Made by a program: the position numbers and the translations under genes. DNA of 64,000 nucleotides from Bacilli bacterium. Lineage in GTDB: Bacteria > Bacillota_I > Bacilli_A > RFN20 > CAG-826. The DNA lies in NCBI GenBank assembly GCA_045628045.1, contig JAZQOV010000002.1:96001-160000 (forward strand). The letters run 5' to 3'. Positions 10,444 to 20,358 of the stretch are shown here, one piece after another. Below the pieces are notes generated by a model that worked only from the letters and a program-made list of their open reading frames with translations, was not told the origin of the DNA and made no database searches. The first letter of the stretch is position 1. Every line of letters starts with the position of its first letter.

Positions 10444-10980
10444 TTACTTGTGTAAGTAATTGTATGTTGGTCCTTTATTTACTGGAGCTGGATGTTTGAC
10501 TTCGTCTTTCATTCTCTTAACAGCTTCATAAATAAGAAGAAGAGCTGATGCAACGATTAATCCACCAAGTAAATATGGAACAAAGGTATAAGCATAATCA
10601 CCCTTTAAATATTGTGGATAGATCTTTGCCCCTGCGACTGAGATTGTAAAGAATAAGATGGAAACAGTGAGCATTACAAGTCCTGTAACAATTTCAATGA
10701 ATGATGACTTCTTAACGAAGATGCATCCGATAAATGAAACAATCAACATAACAAATATTGCAATGCCTTGTCCACAAACAACTTGTGGTAATTGAGCATG
10801 ATCTTTTACACCAAAGATGAACTCATATCCGCTTAATGCGAATTCGAAGTCTTTACCTTTAATAAGGCTGAACTTAACAAATTGACCTGGAATTGCAAAT
10901 AATCCGAATGATAATGCAATTACAATAAAAGCTAAAACAACGATTTTGTTTTCTTTAAGAAATTTGAATAATTTGCTCAT
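10444..10980 (-). CDS. Hypothetical 4-TM membrane protein
   Basis: Four hydrophobic segments, RBS AAGGAG. Confidence 0.7.
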   Translation of the reverse strand: MSKLFKFLKENKIVVLAFIVIALSFGLFAIPGQFVKFSLIKGKDFEFALSGYEFIFGVKDHAQLPQVVCGQGIAIFVMLIVSFIGCIFVKKSSFIEIVTGLVMLTVSILFFTISVAGAKIYPQYLKGDYAYTFVPYLLGGLIVASALLLIYEAVKRMKDEVKHPAPVNKGPTYNYLHK

Positions 10981-11003
10981 TGTTTCTCTCCTTTTCTAAT
11001 TAG

Positions 11004-11078
11004 TGGTTGGGGCGACTGGGATCGAACCAGTGAATGGCGAGTTCAGAGCCCGCTGCCTTACCGCTTGGCTACGCCCCA
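11004..11078 (-). tRNA. tRNA-Gln(CTG)
   Basis: Reverse complement TGGGGCGTAGCCAAGCGGTAAGGC...CT-CTG-AA...GGTTCGATCC...CCA. Confidence 0.93.
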
Positions 11079-11112
11079 ATTTCTTATTTGTAATATAAAA
11101 GGCGGCGTAAGT

Positions 11113-11200
11113 TGGTGCCCGGGACCGGACTTGAACCGGTATGGATTATTCATCCGAGGGATTTTAAGTCCCTTGCGTCTACCAATTTCGCCACCTGGGC
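11113..11200 (-). tRNA. tRNA-Leu(TAA)
   Basis: GCCCAGGTGGCGAAATTGGTAGACGC, anticodon loop CT-TAA-AA, long variable arm, CCA. Confidence 0.93.
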
Positions 11201-11206
11201 ATTCAA

Positions 11207-11283
11207 TGGTCTCCCGTAGACGATTTGAACGTCCGACCCCTTGATTAAAAGTCGAGTGCTCTAGCCAACTGAGCTAACGGGAG
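11207..11283 (-). tRNA. tRNA-Lys(TTT)
   Basis: CTCCCGTTAGCTCAGTTGG...CT-TTT-AA...GTTCAAAT...CCA. Confidence 0.9.
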
Positions 11284-11404
11284 ATCGATGCATTTTTTTC
11301 AAAATGCTTTAATATTATACACACGTGAAACATATATTCCAACACTTTTTTATTAAAAAAGAAATTTTGATATAAAAAAATCACCTCACTGGTGACTTCT
11401 AAGA

Positions 11405-11479
11405 TGGTTGGGGTGACAGGGATCGGACCTGTGAATGCAAGAGTCAAAGTCTTGTGCCTTACCACTTGGCTACACCCCA
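11405..11479 (-). tRNA. tRNA-Gln(TTG)
   Basis: TGGGGTGTAGCCAAGTGGTAAGGC...CT-TTG-AC...CCA. Confidence 0.9.
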
Positions 11480-11485
11480 ATAAAG

Positions 11486-11569
11486 TGGTGGGCGAGGACA
11501 GATTTGAACTGCCGAACCCGAAGGAATTGATTTACAGTCAACCGCGTTTGGCCACTTCGCTACTCGCCC
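11486..11569 (-). tRNA. tRNA-Tyr(GTA)
   Basis: GGGCGAGTAGCGAAGTGGCCAAACGC...CT-GTA-AA, long variable arm, CCA. Confidence 0.93.
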
Positions 11570-11588
11570 ACAATGGTTTCACGTTAGA

Positions 11589-11664
11589 TGGTGGATGTTA
11601 AGAGGCTCGAACTCCTGACCCCCGCCGTGTAAAGGCGATGCTCTCCCAACTGAGCTAAACATCC
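11589..11664 (-). tRNA. tRNA-Val(TAC)
   Basis: GGATGTTTAGCTCAGTTGGGAGAGC...TT-TAC-AC...GTTCGAGCC...CCA. Confidence 0.93.
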
Positions 11665-11726
11665 ACATTACACACTAAACGTGCTGAATAAATATATCAT
11701 TTAGATATAAGATAGTCAATCAATAA

Positions 11727-13007
11727 TTAATAACCTTTCTTACCAAGAAGGTGGAACATGTTCTTTTTATATACTTCAACACCAGGTTGATTGAAAGGAT
11801 TTACTTTTAGTAAATATGCGCTCATTGCTGCAGATTTTTCAAAGAAATAGAATAATTCACCAATGGTTTCTGCATCAAATTTGTCTACTTCAATAATTGC
11901 ATTAGGAACTTTGGCAGTTTCGAAGTGAGCTTGTAAAACACCTCTGAAAGCTTTTTCTCCAACATCATTTAAAGTTTTGCCTGCTAAATAGTTGAGGTTA
12001 TCTTCATCACCTTTAATTTTTGAAATTTTGACATCATTAATTGGTTCTTTGCTATGCAAAATAGTTTCAAAAAACATTTGTGAACCATCTTGAATAAATT
12101 GACCAATTGAGTGTAAGTCGGTTGAGAAAGTTAAGCTGCATGGGAGAAGAGCTTTATGCTCTTTACCTTCTGATTCTGCGAATAATTGTTTATACCATTC
12201 TCCAAATTGAACAAGACGAGGTTCATAAGAAATTAACATTTCAACTTTCTTGCCTTGTTTGTATTCGAAGTAACGAATTGCTGCATATTTATATGCATTA
12301 TTTTTAAAGATGTCTGGTGAATTAAATTCTTTTTCAGCCTTCTTTGCACCAGAAATAACTTTATCAATATCAATTCCAGCGCAAGCCATTGGGAATAAAC
12401 CAACTGCTGTTAAAACTGAATAACGTCCGCCGATATTTGAAGGTAAACCAAAGGTTACGTAACCATTTTTCTTTGCAATTTCAAGAAGAAGTCCTTTATT
12501 TGGATCAGTTGTAACAAAGATTGCTTTTTTAGCTTCTTTTTCTCCAACAGTCTTAACTAATTCTTCTTTTAATAAACGGAAGGCAATTGCAGTCTCGGTG
12601 GTGGAGCCACTTTTTGAAATTACGTTAACTGCAAATTTCTTACCGTGAATTTCTTCTAAAACGTCGTGAATATAGTCTGCTGAGAAGGTTTGTCCAAGGA
12701 AAAGAATCTTTGGATTTTTGTTATCATTTAAACCTTTAATTGCTTCAATTGCAGCACGTGCTCCAAGATAGGATCCGCCGATACCACAAACAACCAAAAT
12801 CTCATAGTTTTTACGGATATTTTCCGCATTTTCCTTGATTTTTTTGATTTCTTCTTTGCTAATAAAATCAGATAATTTTTCCCAACCTAAGAAGTCAGAA
12901 CCTGCTGAAGTTCTGTCTTTAATTTGTTGGTCTATTTTTGCAATTCTTTTTGCATATGATTTATAAGGTGCTTTTTTGCCTAAAAATTCATCAATTACTT
13001 TAATCAT
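11727..13007 (-). CDS. pgi: Glucose-6-phosphate isomerase
   Basis: GIGGSYLG, ISKSGSTTET, IGGRYSV, QLFAESEGK, NPFNQPGVE.YK. Confidence 0.97.
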   Translation of the reverse strand: MIKVIDEFLGKKAPYKSYAKRIAKIDQQIKDRTSAGSDFLGWEKLSDFISKEEIKKIKENAENIRKNYEILVVCGIGGSYLGARAAIEAIKGLNDNKNPKILFLGQTFSADYIHDVLEEIHGKKFAVNVISKSGSTTETAIAFRLLKEELVKTVGEKEAKKAIFVTTDPNKGLLLEIAKKNGYVTFGLPSNIGGRYSVLTAVGLFPMACAGIDIDKVISGAKKAEKEFNSPDIFKNNAYKYAAIRYFEYKQGKKVEMLISYEPRLVQFGEWYKQLFAESEGKEHKALLPCSLTFSTDLHSIGQFIQDGSQMFFETILHSKEPINDVKISKIKGDEDNLNYLAGKTLNDVGEKAFRGVLQAHFETAKVPNAIIEVDKFDAETIGELFYFFEKSAAMSAYLLKVNPFNQPGVEVYKKNMFHLLGKKGY

Positions 13008-13369
13008 TTTTCTTCCTCTTTTGCATTTTTAATCCATTCAGGAAGTTTTTCCTTAAGGATTGTGTAATCAATAAAATCAGGATCTATTTTTTCTTTATGG
13101 ATTCCGTTATTGTGATACATTTCTTTTTCTTCTTCGGTTATTTTGGACATTGAAAGTTTTAAAAAACCATCTTCTTCAATACCAATAATTTTGACTTGAT
13201 ATGTTTTTCCGATATGAAGATATTTGCGAATGTTGCGAATGTAAACATTAGCGACTTCTGAAATGTGAAGAAGTCCTTTTTTATCATCATCAAAAATCAT
13301 TATCGCCCCAAAATCGCGGATATTTATGATTGTTCCTTCAATGATTTCACCAATTTTATACTCTTTCAT
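13004..13369 (-). CDS. S1 RNA-binding domain protein (YugI-like)
   Basis: FGA...GLLHISEV S1 motif; next to pgi as in Bacilli. Confidence 0.85.
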   Translation of the reverse strand: MKEYKIGEIIEGTIINIRDFGAIMIFDDDKKGLLHISEVANVYIRNIRKYLHIGKTYQVKIIGIEEDGFLKLSMSKITEEEKEMYHNNGIHKEKIDPDFIDYTILKEKLPEWIKNAKEEEK

Positions 13370-14040
13370 TAGTCGATATATCCTTCGAGATATTTGATAT
13401 CTTCTTTGGTTGTAATTTTATGAAGTTTGTTACTTCCAGGGACAAGTTTAACTTTGCCTTTTGCACTTAAGATTAATGAGCAATCATCTGTCGCTAAATT
13501 ACCTTTTGCTTTTGCGTGTGCTTTTATAAGTTCGCTAAATCTAAAAGCTTGAGGAGTTTGAATTAAAGCGACACTGGAACGTTCTACAAACGATTCAACT
13601 TCATTTTTCTTATTCATCTTTGCAACAGTGTCTACTGATTCAATATAAGTTGTTGCAGCGCCACATTCTTTTGCGGCTTTTGCAACACTTATAATAATTT
13701 TTTCATCAACAAGTGGACGAGCTCCATCATGAATAATGACTATGTCATTTGAAGCAAGTTTAGTTGCAGCGAGTCCCTTTTCTACTGATTCTTGTCGAGT
13801 TTCACCACCTAAAACAATTAAAGCCTTAATGTTTTTAGATTTAACATAATCTGAAATTTCAGATTCATTTGTTTTATTAACGACAAGAATAAGTTCGTCT
13901 ATGGATTTTGCATTAGCAAAAGCCTCTATTGAGTAAGAAAAAACACTTTTGCCTTTAAGTAAGCAAAGTTGTTTATTCTTTGGCCCGCCGAATCTAGTAG
14001 AGAGGCCGGCCATTAACACAATAGCGACTAGTTTTTCCAT
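13369..14040 (-). CDS. ispD: 2-C-methyl-D-erythritol 4-phosphate cytidylyltransferase
   Basis: AG.STRF, GGETRQESV, IHDGARP, QTPQAF, TDD, KITT.ED. Confidence 0.93.
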   Translation of the reverse strand: MEKLVAIVLMAGLSTRFGGPKNKQLCLLKGKSVFSYSIEAFANAKSIDELILVVNKTNESEISDYVKSKNIKALIVLGGETRQESVEKGLAATKLASNDIVIIHDGARPLVDEKIIISVAKAAKECGAATTYIESVDTVAKMNKKNEVESFVERSSVALIQTPQAFRFSELIKAHAKAKGNLATDDCSLILSAKGKVKLVPGSNKLHKITTKEDIKYLEGYID

Positions 14041-14879
14041 TCGATGCCTAATTTATGTGCTAATTTTGCGGATTTTTCTTTTAGAAGTGATTCATTTGCA
14101 ATTGATTGAATAATTGCTTGAATAACTCTTTCAAGTTCACTGCCCTCGGAGTAGTCTGCTTTGATGTAGACATTTGTTCTCTTCTCTTTGAGAAGTTTCT
14201 TAAGTGCAGCTTCATCTTTATCACTGTAAAGTGAGATTGAATGTCCGTGGTTATTTTGGACAAGTTGCATACATGGAATATCAGTCATTCCGTCACCAAG
14301 ATAAATCATGTTTGTGTATGGAATTCTAATATCATCAGTCTTAGTGTTGATTGTTGTATCATCAAGTAAGTCTGTAGCACCTTTACGAATACGATAAATG
14401 TATTGTGTCTTTTGGGTGTAGTTAATTGAAAGCTTTGGCCAAACAGGTTCTTTGGTAACTGGATCAAAGTAGAACTCACATCCAAAGATCTCTTTGAAGT
14501 GTTTTGCAATTGAACTTCCTTCAAGAATTTCTTTTGTTCCTGAGGAAATGATGTAGTGTTCAACTTCAACACCTACTGATTTACCAAATTCATTAATACG
14601 TTTGAACCATGTATCAACGCCTTTGAAATATTCAATGTTTTTACCCATGTCATTAAGGGTTTTTCTGGTTAATTTAATGCCTTTTTCTTTGCTTAAAGCA
14701 ACCATTGTGTACATGTAAGATAAAATTCTTTCAACTCCACTTTTGTTTTGGAACTCTCCAGTGGCACCCCAGAATTCATTTGGTTTCATGCCAAGTGCAG
14801 GGATAAATCCATAATCTTGCATGTCACTTTTTGACAACGTTTTATCGAAGTCATACATAATAGCAACAATTGGTTTCAT
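14028..14879 (-). CDS. HAD-superfamily hydrolase
   Basis: YDFDKTL, ISSG, YLGDGMTD. Confidence 0.85.
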   Translation of the reverse strand: MKPIVAIMYDFDKTLSKSDMQDYGFIPALGMKPNEFWGATGEFQNKSGVERILSYMYTMVALSKEKGIKLTRKTLNDMGKNIEYFKGVDTWFKRINEFGKSVGVEVEHYIISSGTKEILEGSSIAKHFKEIFGCEFYFDPVTKEPVWPKLSINYTQKTQYIYRIRKGATDLLDDTTINTKTDDIRIPYTNMIYLGDGMTDIPCMQLVQNNHGHSISLYSDKDEAALKKLLKEKRTNVYIKADYSEGSELERVIQAIIQSIANESLLKEKSAKLAHKLGIEWKN

Positions 14880-15013
14880 AGTAATTACCTCGATAAAACC
14901 TTAACAAATGTTAAGTTAAATGTCAAATTATAACAATTGGCATAATTTATTTGCCAATTACATTTGCGTACGAAGTAACAAAAAAGAGAGGCAAAGCCTC
15001 TCTATATTATCAA

Positions 15014-15098
<85 letters not shown>

Positions 15099-15144
15099 AG
15101 CGATAAATAATATACACTCAAGTTACATTTCTAACAAGTAGAAA

Positions 15145-16581
15145 TTACAAGATTTCAGTAAATAACAAAGCTGCTAATCCAAAATAGATAAGCAAACTTG
15201 AAACGTCAACAATTGTTGTTAAAAGTGGTTGAGAAACAATTGCTGGGTCTTTTTTAATAGCGGCAGCGCCCATTGGAAGAAGTACTGCAACCATCTTTGA
15301 AAGGAAGACTGCAATTCCTAAAGTTCCAGCGACTAAACCAGAAACTTTGAATGCATTTAACGCAAAATCTAAGGTCCAGCAAGATCCATCCCAAATAACA
15401 CCTGGATTTGCAGAACTTTTTACAATGCCAGTGTATTGTTCAATTGTGAACCAAACAAAACCAAATGCAGCAATTGTAACAGCAATTATTAAGGCAGTTA
15501 ACGCCTCTTTTTTAAGAACTTTTAAGAACTCTTTTGGTGAGAATTCTTGCAAAGCAAGACCTCTAATCATAAGTGCAATTGTTTGTCCTCCAGCGTTTCC
15601 ACCTGTATCCATGATTACAGGAATGAATGCTGCGAGAATTGCAAGACTTGATAAGCTTGTTTCAAATGAGGATAAAACAAGTGATGAGAATGTTCCTAAA
15701 ATGAGCAAAATAATGATCCAAGGAACACATTTTTTAACCATTTTTCTAACTGGTGTTTCTAAGTATGAATCTTCAAGTGGTGTGACCATTTGTAACTTAG
15801 AAATATCTTCGGTTTGTTCTTCAACGATAACATCGATAACGTCGTCGACTGTGACAATACCAACAAGTCTTCCATCATTATTTAAAACAGCAATGGCGTT
15901 TAAGTCATAACGTTTAACTATGTTAGCAACTTGTTCTTGGTCATCATTAACATTAACTGTGTTGAAGTCTTTGTTCATGATTTTTGTAATCTTGTCATCA
16001 CCATCTGCAAAGATTAAGTCATCTAAGTCGACAGTTCCAACAAGTTTACGTTTTCTGTCCATTACGAAAATAGTGTAAATTGTTTCTTTATTTTTGCCGG
16101 TTTTACGAATTTGTTTAATTGCTTCATCACAAGTGATGTCATCAAGTAAAATGACAAACTCTGTGGTCATAATAGAACCAGCAGTATCTTCTTTGAAGTT
16201 TAAGAGTTTGTTAATATTTGCACGTTTTTCTTTTGGAACGTTTTTCAAAACTCTGGTAACAACGTTAGCAGGAAGTTCCTCAAGATCATCGACGATATCA
16301 TCGGTGAATTGAGATTCTAGAATCTCTGCTAATTGGTCATCAGAAAGATATTTGACTAATTCTTCTTTAATTTCAGAAGGAAGTTCAGTGAAGAAATCCG
16401 CAGTAAATTCAGATTTGACAGTCTTCAAAATAAAGACAATCTTTTTCACGTCTTCTAAATCTGCACAAGCTTCTGCAATATCGATTTCTGGGACAACCTC
16501 AAAAATATGTCTTAATTCTTTGACATTTTTAGAATCGATTAATTTTTCAATTTTTTGGGTTGAAATTAATTCATTTTCCAT
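15145..16581 (-). CDS. mgtE: Magnesium transporter MgtE
   Basis: N domain, tandem CBS (TAGSIMT, GIVTVDD), GGNAGGQ, DPA..SQPLLTTIVD. Confidence 0.95.
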   Translation of the reverse strand: MENELISTQKIEKLIDSKNVKELRHIFEVVPEIDIAEACADLEDVKKIVFILKTVKSEFTADFFTELPSEIKEELVKYLSDDQLAEILESQFTDDIVDDLEELPANVVTRVLKNVPKEKRANINKLLNFKEDTAGSIMTTEFVILLDDITCDEAIKQIRKTGKNKETIYTIFVMDRKRKLVGTVDLDDLIFADGDDKITKIMNKDFNTVNVNDDQEQVANIVKRYDLNAIAVLNNDGRLVGIVTVDDVIDVIVEEQTEDISKLQMVTPLEDSYLETPVRKMVKKCVPWIIILLILGTFSSLVLSSFETSLSSLAILAAFIPVIMDTGGNAGGQTIALMIRGLALQEFSPKEFLKVLKKEALTALIIAVTIAAFGFVWFTIEQYTGIVKSSANPGVIWDGSCWTLDFALNAFKVSGLVAGTLGIAVFLSKMVAVLLPMGAAAIKKDPAIVSQPLLTTIVDVSSLLIYFGLAALLFTEIL

Positions 16582-16685
16582 TTTTGAAGCTCCCTTCCGC
16601 GTTTAGTTTACATTCTTTATATAAAGAAATAAAGCAAAATGATTTATTTAGTGATACAATACTTTCGCAAAGGATATATTTATAT

Positions 16686-17258
16686 ATGAAAAAAATTATT
16701 GTTGAAACAAGTGCTCGTCACATTCACGTAACTCAAGAAGCTTTAGAGATTTTATGTGGAAAGGGCGCTAAATTAGAAGTTAAAGCTATGCTTTCTCAAC
16801 CAGGACAATTCGTTTCTACTACAAGATTAAATCTTGTTGGCCCAAAGAAATCAATTGAAGGAGTCTCAATCCTTGGTCCAGTTAGAAAAGCAAATCAAGT
16901 AGAAGTTTCCGCTACAGACGCAAGAACTCTTGGCGTTGCAGCACCAGTAAAAGAATCTGGTGATGTCGCAGGTACTCCTGGAATCAAAATTGTTGGTCCA
17001 GCAGGAGAACTTGAAATTAATGAAGGTGTTATTGTTGCAAAACGTCACATCCACATGACACCAGCAGATGCAAAAGAATTTGGTGTTACAAATGGTCAAA
17101 TCGTTAAAATAGCAACTGGAACGGAAGGACGTAAGGTCATCTTTGATGACGTTGTCATTCGTGTTCGTGAAGACTTCGCTCTTGCAATGCACATTGATAC
17201 AGATGAATCAAATGCAGCAATGTGTGGTATGAAATGCGAAGGCGAAATTATTAAATAA
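16686..17258 (+). CDS. pduL: Phosphate propanoyltransferase (PduL-type phosphotransacylase)
   Basis: SARHIH, LSQPGQF, RHIHM, MHIDTDE; start moved to the internal ATG. Confidence 0.93.
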   Translation: MKKIIVETSARHIHVTQEALEILCGKGAKLEVKAMLSQPGQFVSTTRLNLVGPKKSIEGVSILGPVRKANQVEVSATDARTLGVAAPVKESGDVAGTPGIKIVGPAGELEINEGVIVAKRHIHMTPADAKEFGVTNGQIVKIATGTEGRKVIFDDVVIRVREDFALAMHIDTDESNAAMCGMKCEGEIIK

Positions 17259-17300
17259 TTATTGTATTTACTAACTTGTTAGTATAGAATACAAACATAG

Positions 17301-17404
17301 ATCTTATCAAGAACCGTGTATAAGGGAATGAAAAATCACGGTAGCAACTCTCAAATGAGTAAGTGCTCTTCCTTAGCAGTGGCCCACCCACTGAGCGATA
17401 AGAT
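17301..17404 (+). ncRNA. SAM-I-family riboswitch (variant P2)
   Basis: P1 ATCTTATC/GATAAGAT, AAGA J1/2, GCAAC...GTGC P3, P4 CAGTGG/CCACTG; directly upstream of metK. Confidence 0.85.
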
Positions 17405-17421
17405 GGAAATCACATAAATAC

Positions 17422-17459
17422 AAAAGTGACTTTCCTTGAGTGGGAAGTCATTTTTATTT
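17422..17459 (+). terminator. Riboswitch expression-platform terminator
   Basis: GTGACTTTCC/GGGAAGTCAT plus T-run; GGAAATCAC (17405-17413) can pair with the 5' arm as antiterminator. Confidence 0.75.
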
Positions 17460-17477
17460 ATAAATAAGGATACGCGT

Positions 17478-18641
17478 ATGGAAAAGAAAAATTTATTTAC
17501 TTCTGAATCCGTTTCAGAAGGACATCCTGACAAAGTCTGCGATCAAATCGCTGACGCTATTCTCGATGCATGTATTAAAGTTGATCCAACTTCAAGAGTT
17601 GCATGCGAGGTTTTTGTCACCACAAACTATTGTTTGATTGGTGGCGAAATCACTTCAAAAGCACATCCAAATTACAAGAAAATTGCTCGTGAAGTTATTG
17701 AAGATATTGGTTATACCAAGAAAGAATATGGATTTTCTGCAGATAAAGTAAAAATTGATGTTAAAGTCAAAGAGCAATCTAAAGATATCGCAATGGGAGT
17801 TGATGCTTCAAAACCTGAAGAAATTGGTGCAGGTGACCAAGGAATTATGTTTGGTTACGCAACAAACGAAAATGAAGGTTATATGCCACTTCCAATTGCT
17901 ATCGCACACAAGCTTGTTCGTGTTGCAACTTCAAAAAGAAAATCAGGTGAATTTAAGGGTGCAAGACCTGACATGAAATCACAAGTTACAGTTGATTACT
18001 CTAACCCTAAAAAACCAAGAGTTGTCACTGTGCTTATGTCAATTCAACATGACCCAGATATTGATATGAACAAATTCATAGAATTTGTGAAAAATAATAT
18101 TATGATTAATGTTGTTAAATCATTTGGCTTAAATACTGACTTTGAAACACTTATTAATCCAACCGGAAATTTCGTCATTGGCGGACCTGCTGGAGACACT
18201 GGTGTCACAGGACGAAAAATCATTGTTGATACTTATGGTGGCGCTGGTCATCATGGCGGTGGAGCATTCTCTGGAAAAGATCCTACAAAAGTTGATAGAT
18301 CTGCATCATACATGGCCCGTTATATTGCTAAAAACTTAGTTGCAGCAGGAGTTATGGACAAATGTGAAATTCAATTAGGCTATGCAATTGGTAAAAATGA
18401 ACCAGTTTCGTTATTCTGTGAATCATTTGGCACAAGCAAAATTAAAGAAGAAAAACTTCTCGAAATTATTCAAAAAGTCTTTGACTTAAGACCTGGAATG
18501 ATTATTAAAAACTTCTCACTTACAAAGCCAAGTTTTGAATACCACAAACTTACAAACTATGGTCACTTTGGAAGACCTGATCTAGATTTGCCTTGGGAAA
18601 AGCTTGATAAGGTTGAAGAAATTAAGTCTTTACTTAAGTAA
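17478..18641 (+). CDS. metK: S-adenosylmethionine synthetase
   Basis: FTSESVSEGHPDK, GAGDQG, GGGAFSGKD. Confidence 0.98.
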   Translation: MEKKNLFTSESVSEGHPDKVCDQIADAILDACIKVDPTSRVACEVFVTTNYCLIGGEITSKAHPNYKKIAREVIEDIGYTKKEYGFSADKVKIDVKVKEQSKDIAMGVDASKPEEIGAGDQGIMFGYATNENEGYMPLPIAIAHKLVRVATSKRKSGEFKGARPDMKSQVTVDYSNPKKPRVVTVLMSIQHDPDIDMNKFIEFVKNNIMINVVKSFGLNTDFETLINPTGNFVIGGPAGDTGVTGRKIIVDTYGGAGHHGGGAFSGKDPTKVDRSASYMARYIAKNLVAAGVMDKCEIQLGYAIGKNEPVSLFCESFGTSKIKEEKLLEIIQKVFDLRPGMIIKNFSLTKPSFEYHKLTNYGHFGRPDLDLPWEKLDKVEEIKSLLK

Positions 18642-18660
18642 TTTGATATAAATTTTTTAA

Positions 18661-18689
18661 AAAAAGAAGTGGATTTCCGCTTCTTTTTT
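18661..18689 (+). terminator. Intrinsic terminator
   Basis: AAAAAGAAGTGG-ATTT-CCGCTTCTTTTT. Confidence 0.7.
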
Positions 18690-18782
18690 CATTAAAGTAT
18701 GTATTCCTCTTTTAATCTTTTAGATTATTTGCGATAATATAATTGTAATTAGCTACTTACTAATTTGGAAAGGAGATTAATT

Positions 18783-19337
18783 ATGAAGAACCAAATTATT
18801 GGCAAGAACATCGAAGTAACAGAATCAATTAAGGCAGCAGTTGAAAAGAAACTCGCTAGACTTGAAAAGTATTTTGTTATCAATGAAGACGTCTCATGTC
18901 GCGTTGTCGTTAGAAGCTATCCAGTTGGAGCAAAGGTTGAAATTACTATTTTCACACCAATGATGGATCTCAGAGCCGAGGTTTCTGATAACGATTTATA
19001 TGCAGCAGTAGATCTTGCAATCGACAAACTCGAAGGACAAATGAGAAAACTCAAAACCAGAATGGATCGTTCCAATGGTAAGATGTCCTTAGGAAAGGCT
19101 TTAGCCTTAGATTACTTTAAAGACCTCGAAGAAGTTTCTGATGAAGAAGACGAGGTTGTTCGTATCAAGACAAAATATCTTGATCCAATGACAGTAGAAG
19201 AAGCTGTCGCAAGAATGGAAGCAATTGACCACCCATTCTTCCTTTATCTCGATGAAGAAGATGACAAGATTTCAGTCGTCTATAAACGTGATGATGGAGG
19301 CTATGGAATCTTCCAAGCAGAAAACGAATTAAAATAA
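18783..19337 (+). CDS. hpf: Ribosome hibernation promoting factor (long HPF)
   Basis: GKNIEVT, DLYAAVD..DKLE.Q.RK.K, PMTVEEA, VVYKR.DGGYG. Confidence 0.93.
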   Translation: MKNQIIGKNIEVTESIKAAVEKKLARLEKYFVINEDVSCRVVVRSYPVGAKVEITIFTPMMDLRAEVSDNDLYAAVDLAIDKLEGQMRKLKTRMDRSNGKMSLGKALALDYFKDLEEVSDEEDEVVRIKTKYLDPMTVEEAVARMEAIDHPFFLYLDEEDDKISVVYKRDDGGYGIFQAENELK

Positions 19338-19480
19338 CAAAATAGTTCGAAAAATCTAAAGAGGGGATTTATCCTCTCTTTTCTTTTTTCTTGTAAATAT
19401 CGGTCATTTATCATAAGATAATGACGTGCGACAAAAGAGTCGTAACATGTATTCGATACTAAATTAGAAAGGATATAATT

Positions 19481-20344
19481 ATGAATAATTATACAGCCGC
19501 AATTGCAAGCTTTGTAAGATTCGATGTTGTTGTTTTCAATACTCTTGAATACGCAATGAAGAAAGACAAATACGACATTCAAGCATACAAGGCACGTAAA
19601 GAAGTTATTACAACTGAAATTACACAAAACACACCACTTAAGAATTGTTTAGACAACTCTGGTGATGCTGGTAAAAATTTACTCGAAAAAATCAATGCAC
19701 TTTTAGAACTTATCTACTCTGAAAAATCAACCATCGTTAAACTTTCACAAGATGGAAATGAACTCAGAGTTGACTACTCTCAAGCTATTGCTATTTTCGA
19801 AGCAGTTCTTCCAATTCACGAAGAACTCCGCAAAATCATCTTCGCACACGTAAGCGCAGCCGAAAAAGCACAAATGGACGATGAAGCAACCTTCCCAGAT
19901 GTATTGAACAAGGAAGAATACTTCTACCGTGGACTTGTTAACATGTTAATGTTAGAAGAACTTGATCATCAATTTGCAGAATATAATAAAGCAAGACAAG
20001 AAGCAAAAGGCGGAATTACTCCACAATCTAACTTCATTCAAAATGATATTAATCGTTTAGTTAAACTCTTCCATCTTGTAAGAGATGCTGCTTCAGCACG
20101 TAGTGAAGAATACTATGAAGTCATTGATCCATTATTTGCTCTTATTGAAATGACTGGTGGACGTAGAGATCTTCCTAAAGGAAAGAACTTCGCAGATATG
20201 TTCGTTTCTGTTAAGAAGATTGCAAGAGAAAAGACCACAAAATGGGAACTCGAATGGAAGCCAGCTTATGAAGCTTTCATGAAACACTTCACAGAAGAAA
20301 TCGTTAAGATGCAAAACAAAGAAAAGGAAGGAGTTAAGGCATAA
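19481..20344 (+). CDS. Hypothetical helical protein
   Basis: 287-aa ORF with RBS AAAGGA; no motif recognised. Confidence 0.75.
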   Translation: MNNYTAAIASFVRFDVVVFNTLEYAMKKDKYDIQAYKARKEVITTEITQNTPLKNCLDNSGDAGKNLLEKINALLELIYSEKSTIVKLSQDGNELRVDYSQAIAIFEAVLPIHEELRKIIFAHVSAAEKAQMDDEATFPDVLNKEEYFYRGLVNMLMLEELDHQFAEYNKARQEAKGGITPQSNFIQNDINRLVKLFHLVRDAASARSEEYYEVIDPLFALIEMTGGRRDLPKGKNFADMFVSVKKIAREKTTKWELEWKPAYEAFMKHFTEEIVKMQNKEKEGVKA

Positions 20345-20358
20345 TCGCCAAATTGAAT

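Noticed and set aside
11274-11601. ORFs 11274-11480 and 11392-11601
   Set aside because: They overlap tRNA genes; spurious translations
15347-16606. Plus-strand ORFs of 187, 72 and 84 aa
   Set aside because: Antisense shadows of mgtE; the same applies to most other short antisense or alternate-frame ORFs in the track
16560-16685. N-terminal extension of PduL, or an M-box riboswitch for mgtE
   Set aside because: The extension overlaps the divergent mgtE start and promoter region; the gap of about 100 nt is too short for an M-box and shows no such motif
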